Positions 53,801 through 64,000 of a stretch of DNA of 64,000 nucleotides are shown here, piece after piece (within the stretch, counting starts at the first letter, position 1; every line of letters begins with the position of its first letter). The DNA is from Eledone cirrhosa (taxonomy: Eukaryota): assembly GCA_964016885.1 (NCBI GenBank), contig OZ024742.1, positions 40,362,001-40,426,000 of the forward strand, in the 5' to 3' direction. The position numbers and the translations under genes were made by a program. The notes under the pieces were generated by a model. It had not been told where the DNA came from, made no database searches, and worked only from the letters and a program-made list of their open reading frames with translations.

Positions 53801-55095
53801 CTGAACTAGAGAAGAAATTCCAAATATGGAAGCACAGCCTAGAATCAAAAGGCCTTAAAATTAACCTGGCTAAGACTAAAGTTCTAGTTTGTAGGAAGGA
53901 AAATAGGGCGCCGGTCCCATCCGGGAAATGGCCATGCTCAGTGTGTAGGAAAGGTGTAGGTAGAAACTCCATTTTATGTCCCAAATGCAAAGTATGGGTG
54001 CATAAAAGATGTAGTGGGATCACAGGTAAGCTAACTAAGAACATAGATTTTACATGTGGCCGGTGCTCTGGTGCAATAAGTAGCAGCAAGTGCCCACAAA
54101 ATACTAGCTCTTTCAATTGCACAGAGGGTTCTATAGAAATAGTGGACAGCTTCCGTTACCTGGGTGACAAAATCAGCAGTGGGGGAGGGTGCTCTGAAAG
54201 TACAGTAGCTAGAGTCAGAACTGGATGGAAAAAGTTCAGAGAGCTTATACCTCTATTAGCCGCTAAAGGGTTCTCCCTAAAAATGAAAGGCAGGCTGTAT
54301 GATGCCTGCATACGAACAGCAATGTTGCATGGCAGTGAGACCTGGGCATTGTGTGCAGAGGATATACGCAGACTAGAGAGGAACGAATCTTGCATGCTCC
54401 GCTGGATGTGTAATAGTAATATACGTGAACGGCAAAGCATAAACGAACTAAGGAAAAAATTAGAAATAAGAGGGATCAGATGTTGTTTACTCGAGAGAAG
54501 GCTACGTTGGTATGGTCACGTGATGCGCATGAAAGACGACAGCTGTATAAAAAAATGCAGGGCAATAAAAATAGACGGTAGCCATGGAGTAGGCAGACCC
54601 AGAAAAACCTGGGACGACTTGATAAATTCCGACCTCACACACTTACACCTCTCCAAGACAATGTAACTGGACCGAGATCTTTGGCAGTATTCAGTAATAG
54701 AGAAGACCCGCCTTACCTAAATACAAAGTAAAACCTACTACAGTCAGTAGGCACCTCTAACAAAATACCCCCCCCCCATCCACACCGCCCCTTTCAATGT
54801 AAAGTTATGTTGGTACCACAACATCCAGTCCGAAACAAATGAGGTCGTGTAGGTGTCACGACAAAAAAAAACACACAGTCCACGCTGTAATGTGGCCGTG
54901 TAGGTAACACGGTAAAAACCATCCAGTCCACACTGTAAACGTGGTTGTTGTTAGGAAGGGCATCCAGCCGTAGAAAACCCGCCAGACAGTCCTATGCGAG
55001 CAAGACAACCACTCTTGCCTCAAGTGGGAAAACCCCCGTCCAAACCCATGCAAGCGTGGAATACGGACGTTAAACGATGATGATGATGATGATGA
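50885..55095 (+). mobile_element. Near-full-length RTE-clade LINE, subfamily A (disabled)
   Basis: 5' leader with internal duplications. A single ORF 51545-54720 encodes an APE endonuclease (GTMNV.TL, CIQETRW, AYAPQ, GDLNGHVG, VDYIL, SQH) and RT (YADD), with stops at 51860, 52268 and 54664 and frameshifts near 53320 and 53731. (GAT)n tail. Confidence 0.95.
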
Positions 55096-57189
55096 TATAT
55101 ATATATATATATTATATATATATATATATATACACACACATATATCCTGTTGGTATATATATATATATATACATACACACACATATATCCTGTTGATATA
55201 TATATATATACACACACATATATCTTTAGAATAGGGACACTGTATTCCTGTGTGTTATAAGAAGTGACTAATAGCATTGGTAGCAGGAAGGGTATTCAAC
55301 TATAAAACATGACCTCAAAAAGGTCCAGTCCAACCCATTCCAGCAAGAAAAATCAACGCAAAAGCTCTGATGAGGATATATACGTGTCTGTATGTGTGTG
55401 TATGTATAGGGATTTGTAGAATATAGGCATCTTTATTTTATATAGAAATGACTTCTACAGGACTAGAACTGTTTAATTCATATGAAATCATGATTCCATA
55501 TGAATGAAACAAATAAAATAAAGATACATTATATATGCATATATCTAATAAAATAAAGATATATTATATATGCATATATCTAATAATTATGATTTATGTA
55601 TGTGTGTGCAATTATATAAATATCAATATAATACATAGGTGTGAGTGTGTGTGTATGATCATATAAATATCAATACCTACAAATTATAATTCCTGACAGA
55701 GTACACTAATATCAATTTGAATATTTAATACATATTATATCTCTCTTTCTCTCTCTAGATGGCATTTAATAAATCAATATAAGAACTGACACACATATGT
55801 ATGCATAAATATTTAGACCTTCACTCATACTCACACACATATATACACACGTGCATACACACACAAACTGTGGGAATTAGATAGCTATAGCAAAGAGCTT
55901 TGAATGTAAACACTTTTTTTTCCCTCCATACAAGGATTTTACTCGAATTTGTAAGCTACTATTTTTAGCAATTGACTGTGGTTCCAATTATTTTCTGTGT
56001 TTTAGATTCCTACATCTAAAATTTTCAAAACTACCTAACATTGTTAGTTTATCATCATCATCATCATCTTCGTTTAACGTCCATCTTCCACGCTAGCATG
56101 GGTTATAAAATGTTAATTATACTCAAAGCTGTTCTGTATCTCTTCTTCTTTGCCCACTTATTCCTGAAAGAGTCATAGGAGCAGAGTCCTCAAAAACTCC
56201 TTACTGTGGGTCTTGTCAGAAGCAGCCATCTTCAACTGATCCAGCTGGATCCCCAAGTGAGACCAGTCAAGCTCATGGATGTTATCCAATCATCTTGCTG
56301 AGGCTCTACCCCTAGCTGTCTAATTCATACAGACTCAATTGTCAGAGATTATTGAGCTCAATGATTAGAGTACTAAGCTGGAAGTTGAGTGATACAGAGT
56401 TTGATCATCCTTAGCATCTTTTAGCCACTTTTTTCCAACTATAGAGATATTTTACCAGATTTTCGAAGCTATTATTTATAGTAATTAAGTGTGGTTCCAG
56501 TTATTTTCTACATTTGGGATTCCTATATTTTCTAAGAAAAATTTGTATTTTTGCTACCAAAATGGTAAAAGCTTAACCGTAGAGTAAAAATTCCTTATAA
56601 TATATATATTTTTTTTATTTAAGGCCCCCATCGGTCACTAATGACTATGGTTTTGCACCTAGAAAGTTTCCCTCTGAGGCACAAGCCTGGGCAAGGTTTG
56701 TTTGGAGAAGACCAGCAGTCACCCATGCATACCAGTCTCCTCTCTCCAAGGCAATGGCCAATACAGCTTGGTACCAATGATGTCACAACTCATTTCTACA
56801 GCTGTTAATATATATATTATCAGTGGCACCTGGCATTGCCCAGATGCCAAATATGTAGAATACATGTCTGGTGTAGTTAATCTTAAAGGAAATAATTTAT
56901 TGATAGTTTTTGTGAAGTTATGAAGTTCTTTACACACATACCATAGAAAAAAACTGCTTTGAAAACGTCTCATTTAACCCATGCTAATATGGTAAAGCAG
57001 GCATAAAACTGATGATGATGATGATGATATTGAAATAACCTCATAAAAACCAGAGACAATTACAAACATAGTACACCAAACCTACACACTGCCAAAACAA
57101 AACATCAAACAACTTAAAAGGAAATTACTAAAAAAAAAAATGAAAGAAAGAAACCATTTAGAACCCCCCCCCCCCCCCTCCCCCGGAAA

Positions 57190-57448
57190 ATTGGCAACAT
57201 TTTGTCCAAGATAAACAAAACAAAAAGTGGAACACTTCATTGAATGGCAACAACAATGGTCAGACCACACACCAAGTTACAATAACAACAACAAATGATA
57301 TAAGCACACTTTATTGGATCTCCATCAGTTTCAATGACAAGTGTCCTAGCATCATGGTGTGAGTGATGTGACCGTTGTTGTTGCCAATTATTCAATAAAG
57401 TGTTTGACTTTTTGTTTTGTTGTTTATGTTGGATAAAATGTTGCCAAT
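57190..57448. mobile_element. MITE-like element with ~85-bp imperfect terminal inverted repeats
   Basis: attggcaacattttgtccaa...cacacca versus tggtgtg...ttggataaaatgttgccaat. Confidence 0.7.
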
Positions 57449-57567
57449 GTAAAATAAAGTATTTTTTACAAAAACACAATGTGCCATCTGATCCAGGAAT
57501 CAAAACCATGAACTAATGATCATGGGTTGAACACCATAACCCTAACCAACTTCTCATGTTACCTTAA

Positions 57568-57776
57568 CCCTTTAGCATTTACATTACTCTATATATACTA
57601 TTATATTTTCTCAGTAAAGGCATTATCTCATATAATATCGAATCTATGAGATTTTGATATTTATTTATTTTGAGAACAATACCTTAACATCAGTATGAGC
57701 AGGCAGTTATGGCCGGTTTGAACAAAAAGAGGTGAGAAAATTCTGGCTGGACATGGCTGGTTTAAATGCTAAAGGG
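57568..57776. mobile_element. piggyBac-type MITE
   Basis: TTAA on both sides, 14-bp TIR ccctttagcattta. Confidence 0.9.
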
Positions 57777-60153
57777 TTAAGAAATGGATTTTTAACAAGA
57801 ATGTGTCTTGAGACTTTTATGCTACATTATTCTCACATAACTTGCTGCTTACTATAAACTCCATTAAGTTTGGAGACAATATCACAATAGTTTATCTATC
57901 CGTATTTAAAGAGACAGTGTAAAGTTTACTAGGCTGAGAATATTACTGAAAAGACTAATGGGAATATTCTAAATTACTGAATGTTGACAGACTGTGCAAC
58001 ATTTTACTTTATTTCAATTAGGGATGGGTGCAAAATGTCTATATATTTCAATTCTTTAACATCAACATCATAGATGATCTATCAGAGTTCAGAAACATCT
58101 GGTTACTTGATGAAAATAAATTACCTGCAACATCTGACTCTCAGATGTTCCCTAACTTCTACTGGTGAACAATTGAGAAGATCATACTGTAGTAACATTT
58201 ACAGATTTCTCATATGGAAATGTGGATCTTTACTTGATAGTACAGAAAATGGCATTATTGAGCACACTATTTTATTGAGTTATTATCTGTGAAATGTATT
58301 CAGTATCTTCAAGAATATAAGTTAACTCAAGTACAAGATGTTTTCCTTAAAGATGTATAAGAAATTGTTATGAATGCATTCATTTGAACATGCATGATTA
58401 AGTTCAAAACAGCTTCATAGTTTCGTCTGAAGGGAAGAAACAGATAGCTGAGCCAATATGAAGCCAGATTAATAACCAACAGTCCAATAGTTTATATCTC
58501 GTCACTGCAAATACTAAAAAATGTTTATAGCTTAGACACTTAACACTCTTTCTGTTTCCGTAAAATTAGATATGTAAATGGACACCATAATTTAATCACA
58601 CCTTACCACTGTTAACAGGTGGAGCAATGTATATTTAACCCTTTAAACAGCAACCCACCCAGAACCATCTTTATTAAAGTGTCAAACTTAAATTCAAATC
58701 TTGGACTAAAATCTCATTATTTCATGGCAGATCATATTAAAATTCAGAAGTTAGATATTTATTGTTTATTATTTAGTTAAAAGTTAATTATTTTTATAAA
58801 CCTCACATGATTTTATGGTTACTTTGATAATTCAATCCCAAAGGCAGTATATTCTTGGTAGTAATAATGTCACAAAAGGTCTAACAATTATTTCAGTGGC
58901 TTGCAATACTGAGATGAAATTCTTCTGTAGACCTGGAGATGGTTGCAAGAATTCACCCCAGTATAATTTTTCTTTAAAATTCCCCAGAAATGGGTATCTT
59001 TTTTAAAATAACTTAGTGAAAGGAGAAAGAGCTGCACATACGACTGTTTCAGGATCTTCGAGGTTGATGGAAAGAAAGGGAAGAGCTAGTCTATTCTCAG
59101 ACTGGAGATCTGGCCAAAATGTTTGTAAGAGAGGACAAGTGCTGTAAGGCAGAGTACAAGTGCTTAAAGCAGGGTTTAGCCTGCAGGTCCCATGACAAGC
59201 TTCATACCACTCATGGGATCCTATTTTAGTTAATGTTTTACAATTAGATATTCCTGTTACCAACTCTTTTAGTTGCCTCTTATGACATACAGGAATATAG
59301 TGCACCTATTCGAAAGCAGATACATACAGAGTCCATGCAACAAAGTATATGGAACAGAATATACTCTGCTAAATTCACCCAAGAGCTGAGTGGGGATATT
59401 AAACCAAGTGATGGATTGAGTCTACCATCCAAGTAGACCACAGTGAGATTTGAACTCAGGATGCACAAAACCAGGACAGTGACAATGTGAAATCATGTTA
59501 TTATTCTCACAATTAATTGCTAGTACATTGGATGAAATAAATGCTTAACAGTATTAGTCTTTTACTTTCTGAGTTTAAATCCCTTCGAGGTCAAATTTGC
59601 ATTTCATCCTTCTGGGATTTGGTGTGGGGAACACCCCTTTGGGATTAAAGAAATGAACTCGGCAGACTATTATAAATAAGCAACATATCTCATTGTCAGG
59701 AATTCGGTTGGAGTCTTACTTGAAAGTGTCATGTTTTGTACTCGGAAATTTAGCCTGAGATAAAATTGTTAGTACCCCTGCATCGTAGAAAATATAAGCA
59801 GTCCAAAGGATTATAAAAGGATTGATGAAATAAACTACCAAAAAAATACTGGAGTTAATGCAATCGACTTTTCACTCCCTCAAAATTGCAGGACTTGTGC
59901 CTAAATTAGAAACCATTATTCTCACAATTGTACTTGTTAACTGTTTTCATCCGTTAATGTTTTCTGTTTGTGTTTATAATTGATATCAAATGTGTTTATA
60001 GTTGTCATTGTATTTGTTCCTGCTATTTGCAATTGTAGACTGTTTTTCGTTGTATTTGTATAATATGACAAAAATATGAATTGAATAAAATGTATTGAAT
60101 CACACCTGTTTGTATATCTGTATGTTAATAAATAAATGTATGTGTGTGTTTGT

Positions 60154-60187
<34 letters not shown>

Positions 60188-61139
60188 GTATGCAAGCATA
60201 AAATCATGTGTGCATTTATAGACAATGCCTCTGTTTGTTTGTTTATGTGGGTAAGTGTGTATGTGTCTATGCTTGTGTATATGCAAACAACATTTATATG
60301 TGAAAATATACAAAATATTTCTTTTTGAGTGTGTGTGTTTCTGTGTATACAATATGAGTGTTTGTGAGTGCCTATATATATGTGTATGTATACAATTTGG
60401 GTGTTTATACATCTGCACATTTGAAAGTACAGACAGGAGTTCTATGAATAAAAGTGTTTTATTGTCTGCGAATATCAAAACATCAAATTGAAATATTTAT
60501 TCAGTTTGTCAGTCTTTTGTAAATAATACAGTTTACAGTTAATAGAATCTGTTAGAATGTGACAAGAAGGAGAGTTGAAATGGATGGATAATTCACTGTG
60601 TTTTGGTAACAAATAAAGCCATGTTCAATCTGATGAAAATCGCACCAGACATAAGCTTCATCACTCAACATACTGAGGTTTGAAAACTGAAACAGTACTG
60701 GCTGCTTTTCAATAAAGTCTCTTGTTCAACCTATAGCAGTAGTTGTTGTTACAGCTGACACATCTGTAGGTTTAACTAGCCTCTTTCGAGGTTGCATCTC
60801 ATAGACAGTTTCTTGGGTGTTTTAAATGATAGGTCCTCTAGTCCTATTGTTGTTGATCTTTCAGCTCATACCTGTGCAGATTTAGCTGGTTTCCTATGAG
60901 GTTGCATTATATATCAATGTGAAATGAAACATCTGGCTCAAGAACTCAATGTAAAACCCAGCTCAGGATTTGAATCCATGACCTGATTATGAAACTAATA
61001 CTCTAACCCCTAAGTGATGTGAATCTCTCTCAGTTGAGATGATCATTATTGGTAATAAGAGAAAGAACCCTAATCCTTGTTGAAAAGATCCTCCTCACCA
61101 CCACCTTCTCAAGGCAGGGTGTTAATCTTTCGTAGGGGT

Positions 61140-61505
61140 TAATCCACAGCTCCTGCTGGTCCTCATTTTTTTCAGCTGAGTGGACAGAAGCAATATGATT
61201 TCTAGTATAGGCACAAGGCCAGTAATTTAGGGAGAGGGGAAAGTCGATTAAATAGACCCCAGTACGTTACTGGTGCTTTATTTTATCTACCCCGGTAGGA
61301 TTTGAATTCAGACCGTAAAGGACCGTAACTCTGTGCTGTAAAGGATGGTGTCCGACTCTCTACTGATACTGCAAATCCACCACCCTAAAGACAGAAGCAA
61401 TATGAAAAGAAGCGTCAGGCTCAAGAGCACAACATCAGGTCCAGGAATCAAACCCATGACCTTATGATTGTCAATCCAACACACTGATCACTAGGTCATG
61501 CATCT
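61140..61505 (-). mobile_element. CORE-type SINE interrupted by a Meta-like SINE
   Basis: The inner copy 61199-61389 is flanked by TSD gacagaagcaatatga (61183-61198, 61390-61405). Confidence 0.75.
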
Positions 61506-62035
61506 TCATATTAACTTATAGAAGCTGAAACATATCAGCTTCTGAACTAACTTCCTACTCAGTTCAATAAGATGGAGATGGCCATCGACAATGGGCACTT
61601 TCAGCATATCTTCCCTGCCATCCTTCTGGATAATGCATTCACTATTTTACTCTTTTACGATTTTCAGTCATTAGACTATAGTCATGATAGATCATCATGT
61701 TCACTGATTTTTAGTCAATCATAACAACTCCAATACTTATTTTTATTGATCAGTATTTGTTAAACTGCTAAGTTACAGGATATAAAGAAACAGTCAATGT
61801 AAACACAGATTGAGATACACAATCACACACACATATTATATATTATATGTGTGTGAGTTAGTAAGTAGGAAAGAGGAACCTGCTTCCAATGCCCCTGTTG
61901 ATAGGCAGAGAAAGAGTACACTCTACACAATGCAAATCTTAGGTACATAAGAATTGTAATGAGATAGCAAGCAGACTAACAGGAAAGTAAATCTTCATAT
62001 ATAATAGATGTACAGAGGTAATCGATTGTAAGAGC

Positions 62036-63168
62036 ATCATCATCATCATCATCACCGTTTTACGTCCATTCTTCCACGCTAGCATGGGTTAGATGGGTTG
62101 TCCTGTTGTGGGCAGTGTCTGGTCGGCTGACCATGCCTTGCTCATACAGGAACTGATTTGGCTTGATTTCTACAGCTGGATGCCCTTCCTAACACCAACC
62201 TCATTTACAGTGAGTGCTGGGTGCTTTTTCGTGGCGCCTACACGTCCACTTTACAGTGTGGGCTGGGTGCTTTTTTGCCGTGGCACCTCCACGACCACCT
62301 TGCGGTGGGGGGTGGGGGGGGGGCATATTGTCTATATGCTTCAGCTTGTACCCATGGGAGGTCGGGTACTCTGTATTACTGCGTGACGCCAGAAGTCACG
62401 GTCGTGTGTCATTGCCTTCGAGAGGTGTAATTGGGTAAGGTCGGCTTTTATCACATCATCCCAGGTCATCTTGGGTCTCCCCACTCCGCGGTTTCCATCA
62501 ACTTCTAGTGCTCTGCACCTTTTTATGCAGCTGTCATCCTTCATACGCATCACATGTCCATACCAGCGCAACCGCCTCTCCTGCACACAGCATTTGATTC
62601 CTCTTATGCTCAGTCTCTCTCTCAATTCATTTATGCTTTGTCGTTCACGTATATTACTGTTACACATCCATCAGAGCATGCAGGCTTCGTTTCTCTCTAA
62701 TCTACGTAAGTCTTCCACCTTCAGCGCCCAGGTCTCACTACCATGCAACATTGCTGTTCGGATACATGCATCATACAGTCTGCCTTTCATTCTGAGGGAG
62801 AAGCCTTTTGCAGCTAGCAGTGGTAGTAGTTCCCTAAACTTCTTCCATCCCGTTCTTACCCTAGTTATTGTACTTTCTGAACACCCACCTCCGCTGCTAA
62901 TTCGGTCACCTAGGTAGCAGAAGCTGTCTACTGTTTCTACAGAGCCCTCCCAGAGATTGGTGGTACTTGTTTCCTGTGGCTGTTTGCTGCTTGCTGTCTC
63001 AGCACAGCTGCTGCATGTGAAGCCTACATTCTTAATTAAGCTTCCTGAGATCCCGCTACATCTCTTGTGTACCCATTGTTTGCATTTGGGGCAGAGAATG
63101 GAGTTCCTACCTACACCTTTCCTACATACTGAGCAAGGCCATTTCCCTGAGGGGATCTGGATTCTGTT
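62036..63168 (-). mobile_element. 5'-truncated RTE LINE, subfamily B
   Basis: Near identical to 31851-32975, with one internal stop. Confidence 0.95.
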
Positions 63169-63184
63169 CATCAGTGATATAAAC

Positions 63185-63825
63185 CTTTTCCAATCACATG
63201 AAAGACCCATAGAAGTGGTTGATGGTTTCTGCAATTTATGTGTTCTAATTAGCAGTGAAGGAGGGTTCTTTGAAAGCATCGTAGCTAGAATAAGGACAAG
63301 AGGGAAGAAGTTTAGAGAGCCACTTCTTCTGTTGACAACATAAGGTTTTTCCCTATGAAGCAAAGGACAGCTGCATGATGTCTATGTGTGAAGTGCAATG
63401 CTGCATGGTAGTGAAACATGGGCAGTGACTGCAAAGGATATGTGTAGTCTGGAAAGAAATGAAGCAAGCATGCTTCCATAGATGTGTAATGTTAATGAGA
63501 AAGAACAACAGAGCTTGGATGAACTAGGGAAAAACTGGGTTTAAGAGGAATCAGAAGTAGTATGTAAGAGAAAAGACATGTGATGTGCATGGATGATGAT
63601 TGCTGGGTGAAATGCCAGGAAATCCCAGTAAAAGGAAACCCCAGTAGAGGAAAACCAAGGAAGACCTGGGCAGAGGTGGTGAGAGCTGATCGCAAATCAC
63701 TGAAACTCACAGAGGTGATGACAAAGAAATGCGACAACTGGAGAGACACTGTGCTGAAAAAGACCTGTCCAACCCATACAAGCATGGAAAAGTGAGCATA
63801 AAAACAATGACAATGATGATAACGA
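63185..63825 (+). mobile_element. Older degenerate RTE copy, head-to-head with the 62036 copy
   Basis: IEVVDGFC.L...ARIRT..KKFRE, AMLHGSETWA, RGKPRKTW; tail cccatacaagcatggaa..gatgat. Confidence 0.8.
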
Positions 63826-64000
63826 TATATATATATATATATGTACTGACTTGGTCTATATGGATTGTTCAACCCTTGCTAGCTGGGAAAGTAGATGTTA
63901 AAATGATGACGACAACAATGATGATGATATATATTATACACAACAGTCTTCCACATACTTTCCATGCACCAAATTTCACTAAAAAACATTTCTCAACCAA

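Noticed and set aside
58074-58168. Possible plus-strand terminal exon DLSEFRNIWLLDENKLPATSDSQMFPNFYW*
   Set aside because: Weak acceptor, no recognisable family and no partner exons. It needs RNA evidence.
58415-58505. Minus-strand TRYKLLDCWLLIWLHIGSA as candidate SLC35F6 first coding exon
   Set aside because: Only faint similarity, with no ATG and no suitably phased donor.
62671-63363. 230-aa ORF as a single gene
   Set aside because: Chimeric frame running from the antisense of an old RTE into a truncated younger RTE.

Overview
AT-rich, microsatellite-dense animal genomic DNA. The SINE/LINE repertoire suggests an octopus or other coleoid cephalopod, which is an inference. Two minus-strand coding exons of a diverged SLC35F6-like membrane transporter (44791-44872 and 7350-7569) bracket a ~37.2 kb intron, so most of the window is intronic. 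The rest is largely mobile DNA: one near-full-length disabled RTE-clade LINE plus several truncated copies (all long copies carry a PHD-type finger inside the RT), a CR1-like LINE split by an RTE, an R4/Dong-like RLE fragment, a Penelope-like GIY-YIG fragment, two non-autonomous Helitrons, piggyBac-type MITEs, many tRNA-derived SINEs and a U6 retrocopy fused to an RTE tail. The most unusual layer is a set of small elements in (TA)n tracts carrying hammerhead-ribozyme cores. At least nine are minimal type-I hammerheads. One family (4878-5494, 24800-25030) has the hammerhead motifs in a non-circularly permuted order with compensatory base changes. All RNA structures were folded by eye and are untested. 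Most ORFs in the supplied track are microsatellite or antisense artefacts.
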